From assembly GCF_001194135.2 (NCBI RefSeq), contig NC_068997.1, positions 29,390,725 through 29,454,724 on the forward strand: a stretch of DNA of 64,000 nt, in the 5' to 3' direction. Position numbers and translations under genes: made by a program. Within the stretch, counting starts at the first letter, position 1; each line of letters opens with the position of its first letter. The DNA comes from Octopus bimaculoides. Its lineage: Eukaryota. The notes under the pieces were generated by a model. The model had not been told where the DNA came from. It worked only from the letters and a program-made list of their open reading frames with translations, and did no database searches. Of this stretch, positions 39,257 to 53,600 are shown piece after piece.

Positions 39257-42200
39257 TAGCCCTTCTGTCCTGTTTCTTGGCAAGAATGTAATCTCTCTAA
39301 ATGGAAAGATATAAAAATATATGATATAAACATGAATAAAAAATATATAAATCTAAAAATATGTTGAAGCAATATTTGAAATAGTTTTCTTATTTCTTTG
39401 TGACATTTAGACCAGAGTGTGATGTATTGCTGTTGTACAAGCACCAACTTCACAGATTTTCTCATGACTGTCCACAACGACATCAAAATGTATAAGGTAT
39501 GTACATTGTCACTCGTTGATTTGTCATGCAACTGCTGCCAGAATGGTGCACCAACTTCAAAGGCTTTAGTCCATAACATCAACCTTAGTACATTTTCACA
39601 GTCTGGTACTCATTTTATCAATCTATATTCATCAAACTGCTTTGTTATAGGACAGACAAGAGCACAACATAAACAATACCAGTTTTTAGACCTGCATAAT
39701 CTATAAGCTTTTGATCATGGATTAAACAACATAAAACAAGAACATTTCTCTTTGTCTTCAAAGTTGGATCTTTTTACCATGTATATCCTGGTTTTAGAAT
39801 AGGTATGTTGTTTATTCATAGCTGTAAAAGGTAACCTAAAAAGGTTAACATGAAGGGCATCTGGCCATAAAACGCTGCCTCAAGAAAACTACATTACCTA
39901 ATGTCTTTAGGACTATAGAGTTGTATGATCTGAGGGAGTATGGTTGTTATGTCTAGCAGATGAAGCAACCACATATAGGTTTCCTCTTTGGTTCACATTT
40001 ATCAGTTTCATTGGTACTTCACATACTTTCGTTTTTTTTTTCTTTCTAGGCACAAACCAAAGATAATATTAATGGTAGGAATTTTCTTGGTGTTTGGGAC
40101 CTTAAACAGCCTTCAAAGCCAGCCAAGTGAGTTTTCCAGTTTTTTTTTTTTTTTTGTAAATTCTTTATTAATTCATGAGAGGACATTACAACGATAGCAC
40201 TAAAATTTATGGAAAATGGTCCTGAATTTGGTGTGGATGAAAGACCAAAACACTTCACTGTTTACTCTGGGGTTGGAAGAGGGCATCTGGCCAGAGAAGG
40301 GTATGATCAAGTATGGCCCCTGCACATACTCACACACATATATATAAGATACATTCCAGAGGGTTTGAGATTTTTTTTCAGAAGAGACATTTATTCATTT
40401 CAAAGCTGTATAAAGTTCTAATCTCCTTCAAAGTAGAATCTTCTGGTTTCAATACACTTGTAGCATTCCAGCCACTTCGTAAATGCCCCATAAAAGTCCT
40501 TCAAAGTGAAGGTGTCCAAATATGCGCACACCTTCATAAAACATATACATTGATTAAACAACATCCTAATGATAAGTAATAACATGCAAGGTGATGAGTT
40601 AGCAGACATTAGGGGTTCATATTGAAACCCCATGCGGTATTTATTCTAACTCTGTGCTCTGAGTTCAAATCACATTGAGGCCAACTTCACCTTTCATCCG
40701 TCCAGAGTCGGTAAAAGGTATCAGACCCAAGTGATGGATTATTGAAATGATTAGAGCATCGGAGCAGTTGCCTTTTGGGATCTGTTCTATGGTGAAAGCA
40801 ATTCCTGCCAAAATTTATTTACCTTTCCTTTAGAAAATGGCAATGCTACTGAGAGGGAAACACTTGTATACAGGGGAGGCAAACCTCCTGAGGCGGAATA
40901 TTCCAGGAGCAGTTAAATGGTTAACCCTGACCAGCAAAAGACCTTCACAACAACTAATGCACAACTATTATTTTGGAATTTTGTGGGAATTAAGCAAGAA
41001 ATATGTTAATTTGGTCCAAGGACTGCCCAGGCCTGCCTAAGTGACGTATAATCAAAGGTGGTTCAAGTCATTACTTTGCTATTGTTTATTCAGGAATAGT
41101 GTATCTACGACTTCCTTAAACAATGTGTCAGATTTTTAAGCTGATAGGATAGACTGTAAATTAAGAGAGATTCAATTCAACTGCCATATCTACAGCACAA
41201 GTGACAATATAAAACCCTCAAATTTGGTTCCATAGAAAATATTACATCCTAGATTTATGGATTATTGAAAAATAAGTATTTTCCTTTCCAGGAATATTGG
41301 ATTGGATTGATAAGGATTAAAGAGCAAGAAGATTGACAAAATTCGGTGTAAAAGCTATCGTTGAATAATTATTTTACATTTTGCTGAAAACCTGTTTTAC
41401 TTCATAGCATCACGATTCCTGTTGCCAACAAAAGTAATTCTGTGAAATTTTCTTGTAATTGTTTTCTTGTTTTGGATTTGGCTTCTTCCTTTTTTTTTTT
41501 TTTTCCAGAATTCTTTCAAGTGAATCTCAAATTAGTTGTTGCTGTTTTGGTCCTTCAAGTTCTAAATTAACATTTGCTGGTTGTGTGAGTATTAAATATT
41601 CTCTTTACTTAAACCACAGAGAAAAGGAGAAACCTATACAAACTTGTATGTGCACACACACACACACACACACACACACACCATATTTCTTGTGTGTAAT
41701 GTGAGAAATTGAGTACAAAACATCAAAGTCAAAACTGATGGATAGCATTATACATGAGTGAAACAAAAAGAGAAAGGATAAGATATATTACTGATTGGCA
41801 CCTGTACTGGTGGCATGTAGACATATGCCGGTGTCATGCAAATTGGCACCCATGCTGGTGGCACATAAAAGCACCCATTACATTCTTGGAGTGGTTGGCA
41901 TTAGGAAGGGCATCCAGCTGTAAAAAACCATGCCAAATCAGACTGGAGTCTGGTACAGCCTTCCAGCTTACCAGCCCTGGTCAAACCATCCAACCCATGC
42001 CAGCCTGGACAATGGATGCTAAATGATGATGATGATGATGATAGTTTAAAAAGACTGAAGTCACATTTTATTCAAGATTGCATTGTACTTGAGGCAAAAT
42101 GGTGTGTGTGTCTTATATGTATATATGTGTAGTCCCACCCATGCTAGCATAGAATACGGACATTAAATGATGATGTGTGTATATCTGTAACAGGTTGTTA

Positions 42201-42571
42201 ACGCTGTCATAAAGGGTTTAGCTTTATGGCGTATCATCAGGTCCCAAAACCTTAAGAATATAAATGGGGCAAGAACATGCATGTGCCTGCATTCGCAAAA
42301 ATGGGTAAACTAAGGTAATCCTATAAACCGGTCTTCCCCATTTTTAATATATACTGCTCTATACTTACTTGCAGGTATTGGTAGTGCAAATCAGAGGTGC
42401 AATCTGTGTGGGTGTTTTTTCAAAACACTGTCTGGTTTAAAAAGCCACATCAGACGCCATGAAAGGGCTAAGGTGTAGGTGCAGGAGGTGGTCAAACTCT
42501 GTTTAAGGAGTAGACAACCACCATATATGGGTACAGGACATCAAAAAAACGTAGACAAAATGAGAAATGAT

Positions 42572-42611
<40 letters not shown>

Positions 42612-42796
42612 TATAATTCAGAAGGTATATTCTTTTACTTGTTTTACTCATTTGACTGCGGCCATGCTGGAGCACCACCTTTTAGTCAAGCAAATTGACC
42701 CCAGGACTTATTCTATAAGTCTCTAAGTTACGGAGATGTAAACACACCAGCATTGGTTGTCAAGCAATGGTGGGAGGGACACACACAAACATACAA

Positions 42797-42842
<46 letters not shown>

Positions 42843-45800
42843 GACACGCTTCTTTTAGTTTCCGTCTACCAAATCTACTCACAAGGTTTTGGTTGACCCA
42901 AGGCTATAGTAGAAGACACTTGCCCATGGTGCCATGCAGTGGGACTGAACCCGAACCATGTGGCTGGTAAGCAAGCTACTTACCACACAGCCACTCCTAT
43001 TTATATATTTTAATGTCACCTGTTCTCTGCTTCAGGTTGATGGCTCTATCCTTGTGTGGGATACACGTGAAGCAGAATCTCTACACCAATCTATTCACCT
43101 CGATGGAGTCTCATATACAGTTCGGCATCCAGCATATAACACTGGTAAGTAACATAAAGTTAGGAACCATTATTATACTTCAATTCCCACAGAATACAGG
43201 AATAACTTTTCTCCACTCTTCTCGACTCTGAACTATAAAGCCTTCCTCTCTCAAGTTTTCTTGGTTAGTGCCATGTAAAACGCGCCCAGTCCACATTGCA
43301 AAGTGATTGTCATTAGGAAGAGCATCCTGCTGTAGAAACCATGCCAAAGCAGACAATTGGACCCTGGTATGGCTCCCCCAGCTGGCCAACTCTTGTCAAA
43401 CTGTACAACCCATGACAGCATGGAAAACGGCTGCTAATTAATAATGATGAAGTCGTCAATGCATCTGTAACTTTGCTTTTCTCTAGGCAGGGCTGTTGGC
43501 CCTAGATAAATCCATTTTTACTTCTGGGAAGAGGTGATCTATAATAGTCTGGCCTCTAACCTTTGACCTGTCTAGCATGTGAAGCCCTGCTGTAAGGGTC
43601 ATTGAGGTATAGAAGCCACCACACTGCAACAAGGACTGGACCTTGTAGTGGATGAGTATACCTAGTTTGTCTTAACATCACCTCAACTGAGAAGAGATGA
43701 AAGTCACACAGTGCTCTCGACAAAGTGTGTGATATTGGTGTTGGAGGGCTTAGAAAGGATGAGGTAAACCAATTCTGCTGTGACATGAGTGGGAATGAAT
43801 GATGGAGCACAAATGAGGGCAAAATTGGGAAGAATGTACATGAGAAAAGACTGTTCTGGTTCCGACATGTGGTATGTATAAAGAATAATAACAGTGGCAC
43901 CAGGAAGTGCCAAGAGGGATCCGAATGGAAGGAAGCAGTGGGAAAAGAAAACTAAGAGAAGCATGGAAGTTATTGTTTGGAAGCTGAACCACATGAAGAT
44001 GACGACCAGGGACTGTAACAAGTGGTCAGATGTGTCAACCTCCTCATATCTCTTCCTCCCTCTCTCCTTTCTCCTCCTTCTCTTCTTCCTCTACTACACA
44101 TCCTTTTCCTCTCGTGTATCCATACCAGTCCAATTATCTCTCCCGCATATACATCCATTAATATTTTTCATACCCACCCCCCGTCCACCCCACCCTCTCA
44201 GCCCATTCGCATTCTACGCCTGCAACAACATTTTGCTTTCAGCCAACCAGATTCACTTGATTCCTTTTCAACTTCCAAAGATTTTTCCCTTTTTGTCCCC
44301 TGCCAATGTTTTGCTTCCGTGCAGAATCTTACTCCTTAAACACACCTTAAAACGTCTGCCGTTTGCGCACATAAGTGCACATGCACTTTTGTCTCTAAAC
44401 AGCAACAACGACAACAAAACTGAACTGTTTTCACTACTCCGTTATTCTAGCAACTGAGCTTTCACAGAATTCACCTGTGACATTTAATTAAATCATCTCC
44501 ATGGTAACAGAAACTACCAGTTATATCTACGGAACCATTCATTTACTTCATAAATTCCATTCCATGGGAGGACCTCTCAGTCCCTCCCACTGCTAACCAG
44601 CAACTTTATTGCTTGTTTTTCAATGTATTTTTCTTATTTCTTTTAATAAAAATTATAAAAGGAACAAACTAAAATAACAACAACAACAAAAATTCCAGTA
44701 AAAGTTCAACATGTTACAATTCTTAATCTCTTAATCTCTGTTCAGCTGGATTAATGATGTTCAACTCACACCAGGCCCCTGTGCAGAGCATTTGTCATGT
44801 ACCCAGGCAGTCTTATAAGTAAGTACCATGGATTTTACTCACCCTTATTTTGTTGATTTCCTACCTTGTGGTGCCAAGTTCCATTACTATTATTCTCGTT
44901 ACTAGTTTCAAATTTTGGCACAAGGCCAGCAATTTCAGAAGTGGGGGTTAAGTCATTCACATCTACCCCAGTGCGCAACTGGTACTTAGTTTATCAACCT
45001 TGAAAGGATGAAAGGTAAAGTCAATCTTGGCAGAATTTGAACTCAGAACATAAAGACAGATAAAATGCCACTAAGCATTTTGCATGGCACAGTCGAGTGT
45101 CACAATGTCATTGTCATTCTCCTCAGTAAAGTTTGCCATAAAGTAGCAAGATGTCTGGTGCATTTGAATAAACCCCTTTCTCAGAAAGAAGCTTATTTCT
45201 TTTTACTGTAAGACTGTGGTTTACTGTAAGACTGTGGTTTACTGTAAGACTGAGCAAACAGATTTTGTTTTTAACCTCATTTGTGTTGTTCTCCTCCTCC
45301 TCTTCATCATTTAATGTCTGTTGTCCATGCTGGCATGGGTTGGATGGTTTCACCAGGGCTAGCAAACTGGAAGGCTGCACCAGACTCCAGTCTGATTTGG
45401 CATGGTTTCTACAGCTGGATGCCCTCCCTAATGCCAACCACTCTGATAGTGCTTTTATGTGGCATGGGCTCATTTGTGGGACACCAGTATCTGCCGTGAC
45501 TGCGATTTTATTTGGCTTCATGGGTCTTCTTCTCAAGCATGACGTAATGCCAAAGGTCTCAGTGATTACCTCTGTGAGGCCCAACACTCGAAAGGAACTT
45601 TTCACATGCCACCGGCATCAGCCACATTGCCTCTGTGAGGCCTGAACCATCAAATCCTGGTGGCATCATTGAGAGGAATCCTGATGGAACCATCATGATA
45701 TTCTACATGTGTTGGGTATCTAAATTTGACAAGGTACCGTGCAGTGGGATTGAACCTGAGCCTGCATGTTTCGGCAATAAGCTTCTTGACCACTCAACCA

Positions 45801-48800
45801 TACCTGTGCCAAAATGTTGCTTCTATTTGTTTTTTCAAACCCAGAAGATTAAAACGGAAGCTCTTGTAGGATGTCAACTCATAACGTAGCAAGAGGAACC
45901 TTTAGGTGTCTAAATAGGGAATCTTAATAATCCAAAACTATAATTTCTACTCCATTACAACAGCCCTTATTGTAACACTCAATTATATCAACCATTTCTT
46001 TTACAGAAAGTGAGATCTGTTCTCTCTCAGTTTCCATTCATTTTGATTTTCTTAACTAGTTTTGGACTTGGCTTTGCCTGATGCAAACCTCTGCAGAAAT
46101 TTCTTAAATCATGTCAATAAATTTATCCCCTTCTCTCACTGAAACAAAGGCAAACATCATCATCATTTTACAGTTGCTGTCCGTGCAAGCATGGGTTGGA
46201 TGGATCCAGAAGACTAATTCTTACACGTATATCTGTTTCTGACTGGCTCCCATACTGGTGGTACGTAAAAAGCACCCACTATACTCTCGGAATGGTTGGT
46301 GTTAGGAAGGGCATCCAGCTGTAGAAACATTGCCAGATCAAATTGGAGCCTCATGTGACCTCCTAGCTTGCCAGTCCCCAGTCAAACCGTCCAACCCATG
46401 CCAGCATGGAAAGCGGATCTTAAACGATGATGATGATGATGATGACTTAGCTTCTTCTAAGGATACATGCCCTTCCTAACACCCATCGCCTTACGGAGTG
46501 GCAGCAGCACTAAAAAGGGTGTCATCTCCTTGGTTCACTAAAATACCTCTGTTCTACATTGTCTCTGAATAGTTAAGGTAAATGTGAAGAGGATAGATGA
46601 AGAGAAGGTGAGTGTGATGGGGTAAAACAGAGTGAGAGGATTATAGCCAGGGGAGTAATGGATGAGAGACACTGATAGCTTACATATTATACAATATATT
46701 GTTGTTGTTGTTGTTTACTAATCTCATGGTTATTATCTAAATATTTTATTTTGGCAGTTTAAAAGATTCAAGACATTTAAGTAAGTAAATATAATCCTTT
46801 ATTTCAAGACATCTTCTTTTAATCAACTCAATACTACTTCAGGTCTTTTCAATATAAAACCACCTGAAAGTTCTGTCTTCATTCTACTGTAGTAGACAGT
46901 AGATCAGTGGTATTGTTGGCGTCGTTGCTGGAAACTGGCTGGAGCTGTGTTCTGTGAGATGATCAACGACCAGACTTGTAAGAGGTCTGAAGTCGAAGAC
47001 AAACTGGCATGGATGAAGCAGGCTTATTTATTGATAAACAAGGGCTCCAGAAAGCAGCAGAAAACTCTTTCTCACGTGACCTTATTAGAAGGCCACGATT
47101 GGTCGGTATGCACCCTGGCGCGAAACAGAACTGTTGACAAATGCAGCACAAATAAGAGCCAATCAGGGTGATGGACAGAAGGGTCTTAGGCAGCCGAAAG
47201 CTAGATGTTAGCCACTACGTTATCATTCGTAAATAAACACCTGAGAGAGAGGTTTCACTACGACCACAACTCGGATACTGGTCAACATCTTTTGTTGTCA
47301 AAATGGATTTTATTTTGATACGATTCTTATTTATTCCCACATGACATTCTCTTCAGATATTTTTAGATGTTCATTTTGTACAGTCTGTGTTTACAAATTA
47401 ATTTTATTCATTGAAATTATTATTTCCAAGTGGTTTTATTGTTTGTTTTTTCAACAAAAAAAAACCCATCAGAATTTAATATCACTTTGTAATATAAAAA
47501 TCAATGGGAAAATCAATCCATTATGGCAAGCAATAAACTCACTGCTTGTAATATTCAATGATTAAAACTAGTTTTAAATTTATCTTTTAGGTTTGGAACC
47601 AGAAGTTTCCTTCCAGCTATTAAGCATGGATTGTATCGGACACATCAATATTTGGGTAAAAGAATATGTACATTCTTATATTTGATGTAATTTGTAGAGC
47701 TATGAAAGGGTGGTTATTTTCAGTTACATCCACAAGCCATGTGGATGTAACTGTCTTTACTTACATGTGGGTCATCTTCATTATATTGGGTTGTTTAGAA
47801 AATTAGCTTCTTTAACTGTAGCCTGTGTTTTCATATTTACCCAATTTTTCTGATTCCATTCTTGTGTTAATCATTTGTCTTAAGTATTGATTGTATTATA
47901 TTTGTAGGTAATAATTCTTCTGTATAATTTAGGGACAACCAAGAGCTATTTGTAAAGAAATTTAGGTTAAACAACATCAAGTTAAACAACCATATAGTAA
48001 TTCTTTGTCTTCAACAGAAGCATTAATTGTTCTCTCTAGTGAAATGACCTTGTAATCCACAAGACAAAAGAGCCCCCCCCCCCTATACATAATCATATAT
48101 AAGGAACATATGCCTGCAGGCACATTTTTCCATATCATCATCACCATTTAACATCTGTTTTCCATGCTGGCATGGGTTGGATGGTTTGACCAGAACAGAA
48201 GAGCTAGAAGGCTCCACAAGGTTCTATGTCTGCTTCTACAGTTGGATGCTCTTCCTAATGCCAACCACTTAACAGAGTGTATTGGGTGCTTTTTATGTGG
48301 CACCATTAATGGTGAGGTCTCCAGGCACCTGCAACATAAAACCCTCCAACATATCAACATAACCATGTTATTTTATGCACTTAGAACTACAAAGATCTGG
48401 AATTTTCAGTTGACTGAAATTCTTTGTACTTGCAGGTTGTTGTTGAACTGACTTCTGTACAATTTCATGGTTCACTCACAGAGCTTGGTTTGAGGCCTGG
48501 AAGTAAAGTAAAACTTGTGCAAAGCTCAACACTTAGTATCCAGAGTCCTCTGAGGTAACTGCTTCTTTTCATTCTTATCTTCATCATCATCATCATTATT
48601 ATTATTATTATTATTAAGGCAGCGTGCTGGTAGAATTGTTAACAAACCGGACAGAATGCTTATCCACATTTCATCTGCCCTTACATTCTGAGTTCAAATT
48701 CTACCAAAGTCAACTGTGCTTTTGTCCTTTTGGGGGTCGATAAATTAAGTACCAGTGAAACACTGGGATCAATGTAATCAACGAGTCCCCTCCCCACCAA

Positions 48801-50593
48801 ATTTCAGGTCTTGTGCCTTCAGTAAAAAGGATTATTATTATTATTGTTATTATTATTAAGGTATTGAGCTAGCAGAATAATTAGTATGCCCAGCAAAATG
48901 CTTAATGAAATTTCGTCTGCCCTTACATTCTGAGTTCAAATACTGCCGGGGTCAACTTTGCCTTTCATCCTTTCGGGGTCAATAAATTAAGTACCAGTTG
49001 CGTACTGGGGTTGATATATTCAACTTACCCACTCCTCCAAAATTGTTGTATGGCACTTTGGGCAAGTGTCTTCTATAGAAGCCAACCAAAGCCTTATGAG
49101 TGGTTTCGGTTGATGGAAACTGAATGAAGCCTATCATGTGCGTGTATGTCCCCTTGTGTTCAGATCACATGATTGTTGTAAATGAGAGTCACTGTTATAT
49201 AAGCAGTATTATTCATTTCCAATATCCTGTGGAGTCATATCTAGTAATGGGGAAATATTACCTTGCTTGGAAACAGACGTTAAATAATAATCACACACAT
49301 ACACTTCTATACAGTTTCTGTCTGCCAAATTTTCATTCACAAAGCAATTGGCAGCCTGGTGCTATAGCAGAAGATATTTGCCTGAAGTGTCTCACAGTAA
49401 GATGGGTTGCAAAACCATTTCGAAGCAAATTTCTTTTGTGTTGCAGAATGCTAAATGTCTGCATGCCATTACCCACTGTCTTTCTTTCTATCTCTCTCTC
49501 TGGTTTTCTTTTATTATATTTTTTACAGGGATCCGCTCTGTCTATCTGGAATCCAAACTCATCAACTGTGTCTCTTACCTGAAAATCCAAACGAGATTTA
49601 TATTGCAACTGATACAGTAAGATGGAATTAATTATTTTTCTAAATATTCATGTTATAAACGAGCAGCTCTTTAATTAACTTGATGATTATTATGCTGTTA
49701 CCGTTTTAGTATAAATAATCTTCTTTGCAAAATTCTGCACTTGATAGATAAACATACTGAGGAATGACTTCCAACATCTGTGTTAGAGTAGCAGTTAAAT
49801 TTCTCATAAGTTTCACCCTATTTTTTTTTTTTTTGAAAAAAAAAGGGAGAAGATATTGAATAAAGTAATTCTAGATACTCTACACCTGAAACAAAAATGA
49901 GATGGCCATAGTTAGCATGTCTTTTGTATTAGCTGTCTGCTGGATTAGGGCTGACCTTGGGCTAAACAACAACAACACTTACCTATATTGTCAGTAATTT
50001 TATTATTTCATGTGTGTGTGATCTGATCTTGACATTGTGTGATAGGTGTAGATGAGTGTCACTGTTATACAAGCAGTGTCGTTTATTTCTAAAATTCTGC
50101 AAAACTGTATCTGGTATTGGGGAAAATGTTACCTTGCTTGAAAACAGGAGAGGGTTGATGACAAGAGGGGCATACAGCTGTAGAAAATCTGTCTGGACCC
50201 AACTCTACCTGACCTAGGTAGAAATGGAGAAGTGGACAGTCAAACAACAACAATGATGATGATGAATTAACTCTTGCAATTATGAATTACAGAATTAGCA
50301 TTTGTTGTGGCTTATCCCCAGTCAGTAGTAATCAATGGACTTATGGTTTTATTGATTGTTAAATGACTTGGTATAATTTCAAGATCATTATCATCGCATC
50401 CAATGTTTTTGGAGTGAGATTTATTGAGTCTGAGATTCCTTTTCTAATGTGGTTTTCTTTTCTTTTTTTTTTTTAAGTAAAATATTTTATTCTGATGGTT
50501 TTTGCATGCCAACACCACCAAATAGTCATTTTATTTATGGAGCATACAAACATCACTACTGACCAAGTGATATTAATACAGAGATACAAAGAA

Positions 50594-50624
<31 letters not shown>

Positions 50625-53600
50625 ACAGGCTTCTGTACAGTTTCTGTCCACCAAATTTCACCCACAAAGCATTGGTCAATGCATGGTTATAGTAAAACTA
50701 GCAGGCAGTGTGATCAAATCCACGTGGTTGTGAAATAAACTTCTGAACTGCACAGCTATGCCTGTACTTACCAACTAGATTTAGATATAAGGATCTCTGA
50801 TTGAAAGATATTCTGCAGTTTGATAGAAAACAAAAAATGTCTTCCTTTGCCTTCCTGTTTCTCTTAACTCATCATCTCCATTTTATGCTGTTTTCTCTGC
50901 TGGAGGGCTGTAATTCTGAATAAGAACTCTGGCATTTTACAGGACCATGTCTCATTCATACATACCACTTTTGTTATGGTTTCTGTGGCTGGATGCCCTT
51001 CCTAACACCAACTATATCACAAAGTTTACTGGGTACATTTTATCATGATCCCAACAGTTAAGATATCCTGTCCTCAGCCTAACTCGAAGGCCTTCTCAAC
51101 CCTGCATTGTCTTCACTCATTCCCCAGCCACTTCACTTAGTGTACTAGGTGCATTTTTATCATGGTGCCAATATTAGAGGGGTTGCATTGTGCCCCGCAA
51201 GACTAAAAAATCTTCACTGCTTTACATTGCTTCCATTCATTCGCAACAACATGATCAACAAGCTAATTAAATCTAGTAATTCTTCTTTTTATTCTTCTTC
51301 CTCTCTGTGTCATATTTTATTCAGGGACACATTGTTCATTCTGTACGACTTGGATCCATACCTTATCCTAGAGTTCATTATCCCCAAAAAAGTAAGTATT
51401 GCATATCTGTTAATTGTTTTAATTAATTTTCCTCTTGTGACAATGAAAGCAAAATTGAGACCTAGAGGGAGCCCCTACAAGGTCACTTGACCTGCTAGAA
51501 ATAACAACCAAATTTCTTTTCAATCATTTGCTACTATCTTAAAATCGGAAAGACACATTAGATAATGTTGCCTGTGTATCTGTTAACTCAATGTTCAAAT
51601 TAGAGTTTCTTTTATCCTACTAACGAGATGGTTAACTAACTGTTATCACATCCAAATTATGTTGGTGTGAATATTTTAAATTCATTTTAAAAAGTTTGGT
51701 ATTTGAGGAAATATTTCCAAATGTTTCTATTTTATTTTCCAGTGAATGGTTCCTGTGTGCTCTCTGAAGTATTATCTATTGATTTTTCCCCATTCAAGCT
51801 GCCTTGTTTCCTGGTGGGTAATATTTATGTGTTTAGACTTTTTTTTTTTAATCTTTTAGTGAAAAGGAGAAAGCGACTCCCATCACTTTTGACCGGAATT
51901 TCAAGAAGGGAGGAAGCCATCCTCAAACTGAAGACCTGGTCTAAATGCTTGCGACAGAGTGTCAGGTGGTGGATCAAGTGGACCACCCAACTAGGTCATA
52001 GTGTGATTTGAACTCAGCGTGCAAAGAACCAGAATAAATACCACAAGGCATCTCCTCCTCTGTCTTTGTCAGTTCACTGCCCTATACTGTTATTTTATTT
52101 ATCAATCCTTCCAGGATAAATAAATGCAAGGTGTAAGATTAAATACTTCATTCGGAGTTCTAACAACACTTCCAGTTTGCTGCCTGGCAAGAGAAAATTA
52201 AAGCATTTGTAAGTGGAGTAAAAATCAAAACTTGAGATTGGTTGAAAAATTCTACCTGAAACGGTGGAGATGTCTTCTTCAAATGCAACATTACACTTCA
52301 TTTCTTGCATCTGTATGTACAATTTAGTATCGCAGTCAGGATGTGGTTGCATCTGATTTACTACTTAGACATGTCACAGTTGAATTGATGTTGGGTGGGG
52401 GGAGAAAAAAAACCATACTCTGACTGACAATGATTTGAAACCTTAACGATTTGCTTCAATGGTTCATGTAAATTTCTGGATTTGTATACCCAGCCAAATC
52501 ATATTTGTTGTACAGTTCTATATTTAAGAGATGTGGAATTATGTACATCATTTACATATGACAGATATTTGTCCTCATCTTGTTTGTTAACACGTTTCGA
52601 CTAATATACCCTCCAGCCTTTATGGGCATATGGTGTAGTGGTTAAAAGCGTGGGCTACTAACCCCAAGATTCCGAGTTCAATTCCAGGCAGTGAACTGAA
52701 TAATAATAATAATAATAATATCGAAAAATACCTTAGGAATGAGAACCCAAGTTCAAAATTTCCCCAAGACACCTGATGAAGGCTGGAGGGTATATCAACC
52801 AAAACATTGTGTTAACAACAAACAAGATGAGGACAAATATCCGTCAAATGTAAATAATGTACATATTTGTTGTGTACACATTGTTGTCAAATATAAAATC
52901 AGTAAGATTGTTATAGTATATTCTAAACCTCATCCTGAATCATTGCCAATGCTTTCGATATATAATAGGCTGCAGAAGAAGAAGAAGACGACGTTCTGAC
53001 GCATCAAGGCCAAAGTTGTTTGAACACATCAGCTTCTGTTGCATTTGCTGGCAGAGAGATATCAGCTTCAAGCCACAATTTAATTTTCTTCTTTCTTACA
53101 TGCAGGGAAATTGTTGTGTGGTTAAGAGATCATCCTACTAATTTTTAAAATCTGACAACCTGGTTGAGACCCTGAACTTTGCTGACCTCAGTTTCATAAA
53201 AACATTTTAAAGGATATCGCTATTATAAGTGCAGAAAATGAGAAACAGATACTGTTGAATTGCATTAAAAAAACAAAAAACAAGAAGACTTTGGTTATGG
53301 GGTACTGCAATAATTGATTTGAACAACACTTCACTGGGTGACAGCCACACTTGATTTAAACATATCTAAATAAAATTTTGTTTCAAATTTCTTGTTATCT
53401 TCTGTCATTTTCAGATCTAGGACAAAACATCAGGTAATTTTTTTATATTTTAATTTTGTGTTAACTCTGTTTCAAAGAATGTTTACTGGAATATTTACAT
53501 GTGATTTCTATATTTTTCCATACACAATCAAGACTGGTTATTCTGATGGCAATATTCACCTGTATCATACAAACCGTGGTAAGTACTTATATGATAAAAT

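Noticed and set aside
46884-47290. Target-site duplication defining the LTR-like element
   Set aside because: No matching 4-6-bp flanks for either candidate boundary set, so the LTR call stays tentative.
52624-52695. Bona fide tRNA gene
   Set aside because: It has A and B boxes but no convincing acceptor stem, and it is embedded in a repeat; treated as a SINE head.
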